Shown here: positions 18,397 to 46,690 of the stretch, piece by piece | How the letters are laid out: each line of letters opens with the position of its first letter | Position numbering within the stretch: the first letter of the stretch is position 1 | Assembly (NCBI RefSeq): GCF_009914755.1 | Contig: NC_060925.1 | Strand: one strand, 5' to 3' | Length of the DNA stretch: 64,000 nt | From: the human T2T-CHM13v2.0 reference genome, Homo sapiens | Program-made: the position numbers and the translations under genes | Notes under the pieces: model-generated | The model's input: the letters and a program-made list of their open reading frames with translations, nothing else | Databases searched by the model: none | What the model was told of the DNA's origin: nothing

Positions 18397-19115
18397 TCAC
18401 CCATCCTGCTTTCCCTGGGTTTGCAGGCCTATGCCTGAGGTGGAGAAGGTGGCTGGAGTTGAGCCTGCTGGCCTTTCTTCTACCTCCATCTCCTCAGAAG
18501 CACCCGCAGGGCATGGACTGGTCCCCTGGGGCCTGGACCCAAAACCATTTTCTTCCTGGAGAATGGAGCAGTCCATAGCCTCATGGGCTTGAGCAGCTGG
18601 TAGGGCAGATGCCCGGAATGGTGGGATCTCTTTAACTCTGTACTTGAGACTACTTAGGCGTGGTGGGGGCCCATCAGATAGCGATTCTTCCCGGCCCACA
18701 AATGGACAAGCCTCTTGATGCAAGAACTCAGGCGAACCAGGCAAGGAACACCACCGGCGAATAGGTGGGGCCAGGGGCTCCTGCCAGTCAGCCAGGGGCA
18801 TAGTTCCGGGCCCTGGTGCATCCAGGTCAAATACCAGAGAGATGACAGACTTGCTGGGCAGGTCAAAAAACTTGATCTTGCCCCCCATGAGGTCCTGGCG
18901 AGCACTAAAAGGGTTGACTTTGGGGGTGCGGGCAGCACCATCTCGTGGCCGGTAGTATGGGTCCAAGACACTCACTGTACGTGGGGGCTTACGGGAAAAG
19001 ATATCTGACTGGCTTCGAGACAGCCAGATGGTACGTCTTGGGCATGGTGACTTGTGGGGGATCTTGTCATCCAGTGAGCTTAGTCGCTTCACCCCAGGTG
19101 CTTTCTCCAAGAGTC
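18397..19115 (-). CDS. TESK2: TESK2 last exon (11), C-terminal non-catalytic region
   Basis: ttcag|GACTCTTGGAG...; LSRSQSDIF, KVNPFS, KSVISLVFDL, RRWCSLP; 719 nt to TGA. Confidence 0.96.
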
Positions 19116-19433
19116 CTGAAGAATAATCAAGTCTGGGTTACTCTCACTAGTCATAACAAATACAAGCAGCATTTTACCACAGAATGTTTTCACTCATGAA
19201 AGCAAAGCTGATACCATGGCCCTGTTTTACCAATGAAGAAACAGACTCAGAGAGGGGAAGCAGTATGCCAAGCCACAGCTCTTAAAAAGGCCAGTACTTT
19301 CTGCATCATCTCCTTCCCCTCCCATTTGTTTCTGGACCTGGGATCCTGGCAATCACAACCCTAAGAGGAGAAGGCCCCACATCCGAATTTCCTCCCTTAG
19401 GGTTAGGTTGGGCTCCCTGGTCTAATCTCTTAC

Positions 19434-19551
19434 CCCTGGCTGTGGGCTGCAGCTTCCTATCCCTCTCCTGCTCTTCTTCCTGTAGGCGGCTCAGAATTTC
19501 CTCCAGGGTCTTCCCAATCTCCACAAAAGATGGGCGCAGTTTGGGATCCAT
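19434..19551 (-). CDS. TESK2: TESK2 exon 10
   Basis: MDPKLRPSFVEI (kinase subdomain XI); 118 nt. Confidence 0.96.
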
Positions 19552-20249
19552 CTGTAGGTATCCACAACAGCCATGAGCTCTGCCCTCCATCTCCCACCCC
19601 AAAGATGGCATTTGAGTCTATTTCTGGCATCTTTGAAGATTCAGATGTGCAGCTGAGAGACCTTTTCTAAAGGCCCCAGACAATGAAGGTGATCCCTACA
19701 GTTCAGGTCAGGGAAAACACTACTGTCTACTACCCTCCCTGTCTTAGTGTTTGTCTTATCACCTTGTCACAGAACCTTCCAAAAGTATGCTCATATTAGT
19801 TTATTCTGTTCTTGAGTTCTGCTCCTAATGTGTTTCTGGGAGGTATCTGAACAAAGCCCACCTACCCCTTGATCCTAACAGGTAAGGTCCAGCCCCAGAG
19901 CTACATACATGAAGGCCAAGAAGAGCCTTTCTCATATGCCTCAGGACCAGTTGGATCCACAGTCCAACAATAAAACCGGACCAGAGTTCCATCAACACCT
20001 AACGCAAGGAGTGATGGGTCTACCCTACAGGTTGAGGACCAGATAATACAAAACAACTTCTTTCTTTCCTTTGTCCAGAGCTCTGAATAGGTTAGCTGCC
20101 AGAGGGAGGAGGAGGAGGTGTGGTTGCTGTCACTACAGTGAAAATGAGGTCCCTCATGAAGCTAATTAGCAGCCTCTCTGTACAGTCCTAACCAGGTGAA
20201 AAGGGTTCAGCCAGCCCCTGATGAAAGGCAGAGGGAGAAAGACACTCAC

Positions 20250-20336
20250 GTTACAGCAGTTGAAAGTAAGTTGCAGAAAATCTGGGGGACAGTCTCCCAC
20301 CATGTGCTGGAAAGCATCATAGTCCAGCCCGAAATT
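20250..20336 (-). CDS. TESK2: TESK2 exon 9
   Basis: NFGLDYDAFQHMVGDCPPDFLQLTFNCCN; 87 nt. Confidence 0.96.
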
Positions 20337-20505
20337 CTGTGGATGGGTATGGAAAGCATAGGTAGACAGTTCATTAATCCCCCCACCCATCCTAGCCTGC
20401 TCAGTAGAAGTGGTTGGGAGCTGCCCCTGACAACCAGCAACAGAGAGTTCCAGCAAGTCCATCCCAGGGACAGAACAGTTCCATTGCTTCAAACTAGCCC
20501 CATCA

Positions 20506-20649
<144 letters not shown>

Positions 20650-20841
20650 TTAATGGGTTGAGGGGTAGGGTATCTGCCCCTGCCCCTGCCTCCCCTGCAC
20701 CCCACCATCTAACAGCCCAGGCCTGGGCCATATTGCCCATACTTCATCCCAGTCAGTCACTGGGCAGCTGCCAGGTACCACCACTGCTCTTGGTAGGAAC
20801 ATCTTGGACACTCTGCTAAGAGTGGATTCTAGGGAGAATCA

Positions 20842-21132
20842 GCCGAGCGCGATGGCTCATGCCTGTAATCCCAGCACTTCAAGAGGCCGAGGTGGGCAGA
20901 TCACTTCAGGTCAGGAGTCTGAGACCAGCCTGGCCAATATGGTGAAACCCTGTCTCTACTAAAAATAAAAAAATTAGCTGGGCGTGGTGGTGCATGCCTG
21001 TAATTCCAGCTACTTGGGAAGCTGAGGCAGGAGAATAGCTTGAACTCGGGAGGCAGTAAGCCGAGATCGTGCCACTGCATTCCAGCCTGAGCAACATAGT
21101 GAGACCATCTCAAAAAAAAGAAAAAGAAAAAA
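20842..21132 (+). mobile_element. AluS in TESK2 intron 7
   Basis: Full dimer; flanking GGAGAATCAG repeat. Confidence 0.9.
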
Positions 21133-21165
21133 GGAGAATCAGGCCTTGAGATCCTCCAAACTTAC

Positions 21166-21250
21166 CTTTTCATTATAGGGCTCATCTCGGAGAACCTCAG
21201 GTGCCATCCAGAATGGGGAACCCACCACGGCCAGCTTCTCACTCCCCATG
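21166..21250 (-). CDS. TESK2: TESK2 exon 7
   Basis: VVGSPFWMAPEVLRDEPYNEK; 85 nt. Confidence 0.97.
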
Positions 21251-21474
21251 CTGTGGGGTGAGATTATACAGAAAATGAGCTTGCCAATGGCTGGTGCAAT
21301 GGAATCTTTTGACCATTCCTCCACCTCAAGGATGGGTACAGACGAGGACTAAACAAATTTAGGGAGCTGAGGTTGAGCTGTGACCAAGTCCTGGCCTCTG
21401 GGGAGGAGGCTAGAATTTTCCCTTAGCTTCAGCCCCCTGTCCCTTGGACCCCAGCATCCAGTAGGGCTACACAC

Positions 21475-21557
21475 CTGACATCGGGGATCTTCTCAGCCAG
21501 GCCAAAGTCAGCTACCACTGCAGAGTAACCATTCTCATCCCTCTTTATCAGGCAGTT
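21475..21557 (-). CDS. TESK2: TESK2 exon 6
   Basis: NCLIKRDENGYSAVVADFGLAEKIPDV; 83 nt. Confidence 0.97.
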
Positions 21558-23403
21558 CTAGGGTTCCCAGGAAGGAAGAGAAAATAATGTGGCTCAGAAG
21601 CGGGGATCAGCCATAGAGTTACCACCCATTCCCCCCTTCCTATCACAGGGCACCTTGTCCTCTGCTCCTTGGTGAACCGCACTCAAGCTGACCCCACTGG
21701 TCAGGTCAGGGGCTCTAAGACAGCCAGGTGAGATGAGTTAGTCCTGGGTCTTGGGTGGCTGTCCTAGGATACACTTCACATTCCAAACACAATTACTCAT
21801 CTTTGCTTTCTAAGTGCTAGGCATAATTTTAAGTGCTAGAAATAGCTAGATGAAAACAACCAAAACCCTTGTCCTCTTGGAGCTTGCAATATAGGGGAGA
21901 ACAACAGACTATCAGGCCCCTGGCCTCCCTTCCTCCTTCCTCAGAAACACAGACCCAAAGCCCAGGCCTGACCTTGCCAACTTGATATAAGCACAAGACA
22001 AGTGTCTAAGCCTTCACTAACCTTCACTGTCCACAAGATCACAACCAACCTCTTCTCTGGCATTAAAAGTCTATGATCTGGCTTTATCCAACTGGCCTAG
22101 CCGCTGTCCCCCTGTTCCTGGTGCCCCTATGCACATATCCTCATCCAAACTTGTCACAGACAAGCTTGACTTACCAAACCTGAACAGGTCCTTCAAGCCT
22201 TTGCCTTTGCTTACATTGTTCCCTTTCATTTGAAATATTCTCCCAATTATCCTTTTCACCTAAGAAAATTTTGTATTTTAAGGCAAGCTACCTTTTTAGC
22301 CATGACCTCATCTTTCTCCCTCTCATCTCAACTCTTAGCTCCTCCTCTATGCCACTCCTCTTACAGTCTAGCAGAAAAGCTATGAACCCCTCAGGAGCAA
22401 GTTCTGGTTTGCCTTCCTTCCTCACAGCTTTCAATTCATGAGACAGGCTGAGAACATGCTCACTGAAAAAATGCTGTCTTCAGGTCAACCCAAGTGACCT
22501 GTAAATAAACAAAAAGCGGCAACCAGCTCTCCCCAAATAGCTGCTTTCAAAATAGCCCTACACTGCTCTGGCTCAAGAGGCACCTCACCCCACCCGCTTC
22601 CTTCAGAATAGCAGAGAGCAGGGATCCTTGGCTCACAGAAACACTTCTGGAGCCAGCAAGGCCCCATCTGACCCAAACCAGCCCTCCCTCTTCCTTGCCA
22701 GCCTTGGTATCTAGTTGCTAAGACATGCCAAGTCACCTCCTGCTTACTCCTGTCAGGTACAAATCAATCCCTTACTCTGGCCTTGACATGATTACACTAT
22801 TTCCCTTCCCCAAGCTGGAAGGAGCCGTGATTTCATCACTTCTACCCTGGATCACAGGTAGACATGCCTCATCTCTGGCTTCCAGGAAGGACAGTTCTTG
22901 TGCTTGTCCTGGCTTTGGCTCTCTAATCAGTCCTGCTGGCTCAGCACTCGCAGCTCCCTGACTTTGACTGTCTGTGAGAAGATGGGCCCTAGGCCAGCCT
23001 GCCTATTAGCCAAAGCCCCAGCTATAGGGCACCAGCCTGTGAGGCAGTGGCAGCTCAGATATGTCACCTATGTCTCTTCCCTCCTAGAAGACTTTTGAGT
23101 GAGGTAGCCCTGCCTACACTAAGCAGTAAGAGAGGACCAGTCAGATTTCCCTGAGGCAAGAGGTGACCTTTTCAGTTTCAGAAAACAGCCCAGGCACTGT
23201 TGCTGCCTGGTTCCCATTCTTCATTTCCTCACACCTATTATATCACACTGCAACAGTGACTTACATGTTTGCCTCTTCACTGGCAAGGAATGATTTCATT
23301 TGCCTCTGTATCTGTAACCTAGCACAGGTACCCAGAAGGAGCTTGGCAAAAGTGTGTTAAATGAAAGTTTAGTCTGATGACTGAAGCAACTGGGCTTCTT
23401 TTA

Positions 23404-28705
<5,302 letters not shown>

Positions 28706-28852
28706 AAGGAAAAGATGTAGGCTTTCTAAGGACTAACTATAAAATATAATGAATTATGTCCTCTGTGATTAAATGTTAAATCTAACACAGCTTTCTTGGC
28801 AAAAGAGAAGGGTGGTATCTCTCAATGAGTTGTGAGAGTAAAGCCTTCATAC

Positions 28853-28999
28853 CTTAGATGTGAGGTCCCGATGAAAAATGCCTTTGAAGTGAAGGTAGCT
28901 GAGGCCCACTGCTATGTCATAGGCCAGTTTTACCCTCACAGTCCAAGGCAAATGCAGGTTACTGTCTAGCAACTGTTCCAGGTTCCCGGAGTTGATATA
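28853..28999 (-). CDS. TESK2: TESK2 exon 5 (catalytic loop HRDLTSK)
   Basis: YINSGNLEQLLDSN...GIFHRDLTSK|gtatga; 147 nt; LIMK/TESK-type DLxxxN. Confidence 0.97.
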
Positions 29000-29901
29000 C
29001 TGCAAAACAGAAGGAAAACCCAGCTACCATTTATCAGAAATATTTAGGCTAGTGGTGAAACCATTAGAGAGTAAACACCTGGAAGAGAGAGACTGTATTT
29101 TTTTTTTAAGTTACTGAGGGCTTATTCTGCCTCCAAGCACTATGGTAGGTGCTGCACACAATGACACTTTCCTTTAAGGAGATCACAATCTATTAAGGGA
29201 CATAGTCAAACAATATCATATAATAAATATTAAAATATAGTTATGTGCAGGTAGGACAACACCATGCAGCAACAAGGATAAAGCTAAACTGTGGAGGCAT
29301 GTCAGAGGAAATGCAGAGAGGAAATAAGGAGTCAGAAAGGATGACCTGGAGTAGCAGGAAAGTAGCACGAAAGACACAGAGGGAGCAGCATATGCAAAGT
29401 TACAGGTTAAGTGCATGATGCATTCAGGAACTTAATTTACTTCGATATGGCCAGAGTGCATTTATAGATGAGTCAGGAAGTGAGGCTGACATGTTTTGCT
29501 AAGATATGTGAACTTTATCCTGTCTATAGGAAACAAAAGAAGCATTTTAAGCAGGAGAGCCACATGGTTATATTTGCTTTTTAAAGAAAATATTATTTTA
29601 GCCATGGTATGATAGATGGATTAGAGTGAAAAATACAGAGAAAGGGAAATAGGAGATTACTGCAATAATCCTGGTGAGAGCAGGGCATCTGAATCATGGC
29701 AATAGTGGAGGCATTGGAACAAGGCAAGATTCAAAATGTATTTAGATGGCAGAATTAAAAAAAAAAAACTTGATAATTGCCTGGATTAGAGAATGAGAGC
29801 AATAGGCTATTGGTCCCTGGATGTCATTTTTAAATACCCAGAGAGCAAGGAGAGGAGTAGGTTTTTAGAAGAAGAGGCAATGTTAAAAGAGAGTGAGTTC
29901 A

Positions 29902-32023
<2,122 letters not shown>

Positions 32024-32168
32024 GTGAGTAAGTATATGTATTTATAAATAATAATAGCAGCTGTTATTTATATAGTATCTAAATTGTTTCAGGCACTGTT
32101 CTGAGAGTTTTGCATATATTATCTCATTTAATCTGCACAATAACCCTATAAGGTAGGTACACTGGTAC

Positions 32169-32286
32169 TTTTTTTCCTTTTTTTTTTCATGTCAGACAAC
32201 GTGCAGACATTAATAAGGTTTGAGGGTAGTACACCTCACACATGCACATGAAAATCCAATCATCGTGCTATGGACTACAAAATGAC
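32169..32286 (-). pseudogene. U13 snoRNA (SNORD13) retrocopy with poly(A) tail, inserted in a MIR
   Basis: Minus strand reads TTTTGTAGTCCATAGCACGATGATTGGATTTTCATGTGCATGTGTGAGGTGTACTACCCTCAAACCTT...GTCTGAC-ATG-A(n), colinear with U13 as recalled. Confidence 0.85.
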
Positions 32287-32787
32287 TACATACTATTACT
32301 CATTTTAGAGAAGGCATTTAGAAATTAAGCAACTTGCTTAAAGTTATCCAGTTATTAAGTGGCAGAGACTGGCAGACTCTGCAGTCTGGCTCCAGAGTCC
32401 ATACTCTTTACCACTACGTTGCACTGGAGACTTAGAGACCACAGCATCTGAGTAAGAGAGCCTCATGCAGCACAGGAGCTCAAAAATGAATTTACTCAAA
32501 CCTTATATGATGTATTATCTCCCTCCTCCTCCCAAGGGAGAAAAAGAGGGAAATTCCTCTAAGCCTAAAATTTATATCTTAATACATATTTTTGGGTACC
32601 ATTGCATTTACAAAGGACTAGGGAACTTAATGGGATAAGAGGAGAAATATCTGAATTCTAGCCCAATTCAGCCTCCTAATAGCCATTTAACTTGGACAAA
32701 TCAACTAATAAGGCTATCCATCTTTCACTTTTCTCAACTATAAGTAGGTATGATAATCCCTGATTCACCTAATTTGCAGTGTTGTTA

Positions 32788-33577
<790 letters not shown>

Positions 33578-34338
33578 CTAAAAATAAATCTTCCAACTTC
33601 TCAAAAGGGAAACTTGTTGATCTGCTTCATCCTGCTTGATAATCCATCTTTGAAAATCTTAAAATAAGGCATAATGACGGCATAAGCACAGCGCCTTGCT
33701 CTCTTCATTCTAGTTGAATCTGCCCAAGATTCACATTTGAGGTGCCCATTTGCTGAAAAGAAACTGAGCTTGTGAACTTCAGGGTTATAAGTGGGCAGTG
33801 AAGCTGACATCTAATCATGCAGGCAGATTTCTTTAGCTCTGAAAGTCAAAAGGTAGGCAGTGGTTCACTTCTTTAGCATGATGACAGTGTGATATGTCGG
33901 GCCTGTCTTCAGGAGCCACTCAGGTTTCCCAACTGAGTGCCAGGCAGAAGACACTATAATGAAAAGACTGTATGTGCACTCTCTATAGGCCAGGTGACAC
34001 CAGGACTCTTGGTTCTGGGAAACACTTGTTTACTCTGTTCAGCAGTGTCTCTGAAGGCCCTGGAAATCCATATGCAAAGCCAGAGGGTGGAGAGCACAGG
34101 AAAAGGTGACAAAAGATGAGGAATCACACTTGGCTAATAGATTCTGGCTTCTCCAGGCAAACTGGAAAAAGCGCAAACCAAGGACCAGAGAGGGAAAACA
34201 AATGGAATTTGCTTTTACAACCCATTTCTCTTGCCTGCCTTTGGTGAATACATTAGTTGGGCTGATAAGCCTGTAGGCCCTCAGAAACCGCTTCTCAATG
34301 TTTCAAGACCTCTGCATGCATAAGAAAAGGAAATTTGA

Positions 34339-34518
<180 letters not shown>

Positions 34519-35338
34519 TAATTTTTGTATTTTTTAGTAGAGACAGGGTTTTCCCATGTTGGCCAGGCTTGTCTCGAACTCCTGACCTCAGGTGATCCAC
34601 CCGCCTCAGCCTCCCAAAGTGCTAGGATTACAGGCGTGAGCTACCGCACCCAGCCAGAAGATTGCTACACGGTCTCTGTGCCCATTAGCTGGAATGTTCA
34701 CTTCTCCATAAGCAACTCCCAGTGCAGACTCAGCTGGTGTGGCCTCTAAACAAATCCCTCTGCAGGAAGCAGAGACAAGAGCAACTGCATTAGCATGTTC
34801 AGCTTTCCCGGATGGGGATAACAGCTGCTTTGCTTTCATTTTCAGCTAGACTACTCCCTCGGTCAGCCCTATAAAATGACCCAAGGCATTGGTAATACAT
34901 TTAATTAATACAGAAGTTTTAATATTTTTAATTGTTGTTATTTTAACCTTTCAAGTTAGAAAACTATAATACAGTCAATAAAATGTGTTATAGATACTTC
35001 AATACCTCTCAGTGGCTGTTACCTTTTTCTATACCAACTTTACCTATACCAAAACTTGCCTCACTTCCTCACGGTCTAATAAAATAACAGAGTTTCTTCC
35101 ATTTCATTTGTGTTTGATACTTGGTTTCATTAAATATATACAGCCTTTTCCTAGAAGGCACTCAATAACTTTCTAAAGTGTATTGGTAATTCAACTATAT
35201 TATGTAAATAAACCTTTATTACTAAAATGCAAGAAATCATATGCCAACATCTTTTTTAAAATCACCAAAGGCACAGAGAAGTGGACACTCAGTTCTCCAC
35301 TCAGGAATATCAATTCAGGTTATTTCTACAAACATTTA

Positions 35339-35533
<195 letters not shown>

Positions 35534-35569
35534 TTATATGTATTTTACCACGATAGAGAATGTGTGTAC

Positions 35570-35789
35570 AAGTGTCCCCATAGTTCTTTAGTCCCTTCCA
35601 CTATGTAAGGACACAACAAAAAGACAGGCATTTATGAACCATGAAGTAGGCCCTCACCAAACACTGAATCTGCCTGTGCCTAGATCTTAGATTGCCCAGC
35701 CTCCAGAAGTGTGAGAAATAAATTTTTGTTGTTTATAAGCTACCCAGTCTATGATATATTCTTATAGCAGCATAAATGGACTAAGACAA
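35570..35789 (+). mobile_element. MaLR LTR fragment (MLT1A-like)
   Basis: GGCCCTCACCAAACACTGAATCTGC...CAGCCTCCAGAAGTGTGAGAAATAAATTT...GGACTAAGACA. Confidence 0.7.
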
Positions 35790-37679
35790 CTGCCTAGGCT
35801 AAAGAGTATAGGTTCTTCCCACATATCCCTATAGGGTCTGGTAGGTACCAATTCAGGCACAGACAAGCACATAAACATATCCATACAGAGAATATTCTGG
35901 ACTGGCTCTAGGGAATATGTACCTCTCTCTGAGGTAAATGCACCCAGGACTCCAGTTCCCAATTCTTGCTGATTCTAGTCAGCTACAGTAGTTTCAACCA
36001 ATTATAACTATTCAGAACAATAAGACAAAATGGTAGTTTTAAAAAAATTTGAATTACCAGTGTACTGATACCTGCAACCAAATAAGCTTATCTCTGAACA
36101 GTGGTTCAAAGGCATTCAGAGAAGGTCTGGAGAAAATATCAACTCTAAGAATTATTATTCCTTTTTGAAAAATCTACCCAACTGGCCAGGAGTTAGGGCA
36201 TTTACCCAAAGAAGATAACTGTGCTGTCATCTAACTAGCAGAGATAATTTGCTACCATCTAATTAGCAACATGGTACTGAGAAAGATTCATCCATCCTTC
36301 TGTTCACCTACCCAAACACTGAAAACCTACAATGTGAAACACAAAGATAAATGGGGCCAGTCTCTGCCCACAGAGACTAGTCTAGCCTAGATGGTCTAGT
36401 AGGGATGCCATACAATCAACTAACACTTTTTTTTTTTCACACAGGAGAATAACATGATCAGATATGCTACATAGAAATATTCTAACAGTAGTATAAAAAT
36501 TGTATGAAAAGGTCAGGAACTGAGGCTGGGAGAAGAGTTAGGATAACCAAGGCCTGAATAAGACAATGGCAGCAAGAATGGAAAGGAGGTTATTATCTCA
36601 GAGACATTAGAGGTAGAATCAGCAAGATTTGGTGTTTGTTCAAAGGCAAGGAGTAATTAAAGAGATAAGGTCTAAATACAAAGTCAGTCCAGTTTGGTGT
36701 TTAGCTCATAGTACACAACTCATTCTCCCATTTAACAGTATCTTTTTAAAATTTATTTTCATTTTTTACAACAGGTAGAACCCACTATCAATAACTTATC
36801 ATTCTCACGCCTCCCTTAGGTTATTCCATTAGCTTTCTAACCTGTTTTCTTGCCCCCTTTTGCATCTTGAAAAGATTTAGCCCTCATTCCAATCCATTTT
36901 CCACAATATAGCCAAGACAATCTTTCTGAAATGCCAACCTGAAGCCACTCTCCTGTTAAAATTATTCAGTGATGTGCTATTACTTGTAGGATAAAACCCA
37001 CAATCCTTAGAAAGGCACACAAAGCCTTTCACTCCTGCTTATAAAAGTCTGACTCCTGCTCACCTGCACATTTGTACACATTGCTGGTCCCTTTACCTCT
37101 AATATCCTTCCCCTTTCCCCACCTAGGCCTGGCTAATATTCACTCATTGTTGAGGATTTAATTCCATTTCATGGTAACCCATAGGCAGGGTTGGGGATAA
37201 GAAAGACAGTCTATGCAAAAGGAACACAAAGATAACAAAGCACAGAGATTAGTAATTATTCTTTTTTTTTTTTCTGTATAAGTAGGGGAGAAAGTATGAA
37301 GCTAAAAAGTTAAGATGGGCAGTATAATATAGTGGTGACTGCAGTTAGGCTGGCTAGGATTGAATCTCATCTCAGACTATAATAGTTGTAGAGCCCTGAG
37401 TTGGTTACTCAGTTTGTTTAATACACATCTATAAAATGGGAATAATAATAGTGCCTAACCCACAGAGTTGTTGTGAAGATTCAGTAAGTTGATACATGTA
37501 AAATGCTAAGAATAATGTCAAGGAAAGTGCTCAATATGTCAGTTATGACTATTTCTATTATTATTATTATATTTGTTATTAGTGCAGAAGTTCTGGAATA
37601 CCAAGATGAAGCATCTACAGTTAATTCAGCAGACCACAGGGGCCACTGAAGGTTTATAGGTAAAGGTATAATATGATCT

Positions 37680-38129
37680 AATGGGGGTTGAATTACATCC
37701 CCCCAAAAGATGCATGCAAGTCCTAAACCCTGGTAAGGTAACTATAAATGTGACCTTATTTGGAAATAGGGTCTTTGCCAATGTAATCAAGTTAAGATGA
37801 GGTCACATTGGAGTAGGGCAGGCCCTTAATCCAATACGACTGGAATCCTTATAAAAAGAGTGGCAAGAGATATAGGCACACAGGGAAAATGTCATGTTAA
37901 GATAGAGGCAGAAATTGGACTGAGACATCTACAAGCCAAAGAACACCAAAAACCTACCAGAAGCTAGGAAAAGGCAAGAAGGATCTTCCCGTAGAGCCTT
38001 CAGAGAGAACAAGGCCCTACCAACACTTTGATTTTGGACTTCCAGCCTTCAGAACTCTGAGATAATAAGTTTCTGCTATGTCACCCACATTGTAGTGCTT
38101 TGCTATGGCAGCTCTAAGAAACTAATACA
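37680..38129 (+). mobile_element. MaLR LTR (MLT1B/C-like)
   Basis: GGTTGAATTACATCCCCCCAAAAGAT...GTGACCTTATTTGGAAATAGGGTCTTTGC...GAAACTAATACA. Confidence 0.75.
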
Positions 38130-39049
38130 TGACCCAAACTGCATTTTAGAAAGATCATTCTGGTAGCAGGATAGAGAAGGAATTAGAGGCAGTTTTGGAG
38201 GGTACTGCAACAGCCAGATGAGAGGTGACCAAACATCTAACTAACAGTGCTATTTATGGGCAAGAAAAAGTTGGCTATAGTCAGAATATAAAGCTTTTTA
38301 GCAACTGAGTGATAGATATGAGAAATAAGGAAAAAGAGTCAAAGACATCTCAGAGATTCCAAATTGAAAGGTTCAGACAGCAATGGAAAAAGATTTCAGA
38401 ATCTTAAATGACTCAATGTGCCATCAGTAAGTCAGAAACCTGTCAGAAACCAGTATCAATGTCAAACAGCCAAATTAGTGGCTTGTTGGCACTCTACTCT
38501 TTGGAGGGGCTCTTTGCAGAAAAGGGTTTGGGCCCCGACCTAGTTTTCACTGTAGCCCAACAATACTTTTGTGCTGGCCACCGTATGTTTGTTGGTAGGC
38601 TCCAAACACAAAGGCTAGCCGACATCCCATCCTGCTGGCTTGGGTTAAGGAAGAAAAGAAAGCTTTGTTACTGCTCTGGGTAATTCCAGAACAGACATCC
38701 CAAGAGTGCCCTGTGGGAGGCTTGTGCTCCAAAGAAGCCTCCTGTTCTCAGCTCGAGGATCCACAGCCACTACAAGCGTACATCCGTATATCTGCCAAGG
38801 ACTGAATTTGCCTACCGCTCCAGGAGGTTCACCAGGGCCTGCCTGACTGAAACAGTCAGTAGTAATGAGCTGACTCAAAAAGAAAAAGGGAACACTAGTT
38901 CTAGCCACAGAGTAAAACGTTGTTAATAACCCAAAATATATTTCAGAATATTTAAGTGTTTAACTCTTGGCCTTCATATATGCTTGCTGAATACCCTTCT
39001 TCATAGCTTTGCTAATTCTTATTCATCCTCCTTGTTTATTTATTTTCAT

Positions 39050-43550
<4,501 letters not shown>

Positions 43551-44454
43551 AGGGAAGATGATTTCTATAGGACAGAGGGAAAGAGCATATTCTAGGTTGA
43601 AGAAACCATATGGATAAAGAGGCAGGAAAACACAGACCATGTTCAGTAAACAATAAGAAATCCAGTTTGCCTGAATTATAGAGTACTTGTTAAAGAAGAG
43701 GAGAACTAGGAGAAAAGTAGTATTATAGTAGGGCATAAAGGACTAGGATATCAGGCTGAGTTTATCCTGAATTCCATTTTTAAACTCTAGCTGTGAATCA
43801 AAATAATTTGTAGAACTTTATTTATTTATTTTTAAATACAGATATCTGCATCTCACCTAAGACTTTAATCAATGAGGAAATCACTGAAGGTTTCTGAGCC
43901 AGGAAATGCCATTGATTGTTAATTTATTTATTCAATCAACAAATATGATAAGCAGCTACCATTTGTCAGGCACTGTGCTAGGAACCAGTGGATGTCAATG
44001 TAAATAAAACAATCGTTGCCCTCAAGGAATTTATAATCTACACATACAAACAGTCAGTTGAAATCAATGATAAATTATATTGTATTATGAGAGCACATAG
44101 GAGGGGTACCAAACTACTCTTGGAAGATCAGAAAAGGCTTCCCAGAGAAAATGAATTCTAAGCTGGGGCCTGAGGAATTGGTTGGGCCAGGGGGGATGAA
44201 GAGGTGTGTTCTGGGCAAAGAAAAAGTCTGGTGCAGAGCTCTAAAGGTGGAAAGGGTCATGTTCCATTTGTGGAACTGAAAGAGGTTCAGTACAGCTGTA
44301 GCACACAGTTGAGACAGGAATAGAGAGGCAAGAGAAGTGAGGAGTGAGGCCATAGAGATAAGCAGTAGCAAGATCAGTTTTGACTTTACCCTGAGGACAA
44401 TGAGGAGCCACAGAAGGGTTTTTTCAGGGAGAAACAAAATTAGATGTGTATTCA

Positions 44455-46690
<2,236 letters not shown>

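Noticed and set aside
33601-33810. 69-aa ATG ORF in unique intronic DNA on the TESK2 strand
   Set aside because: No recognisable homology and length is within chance expectation
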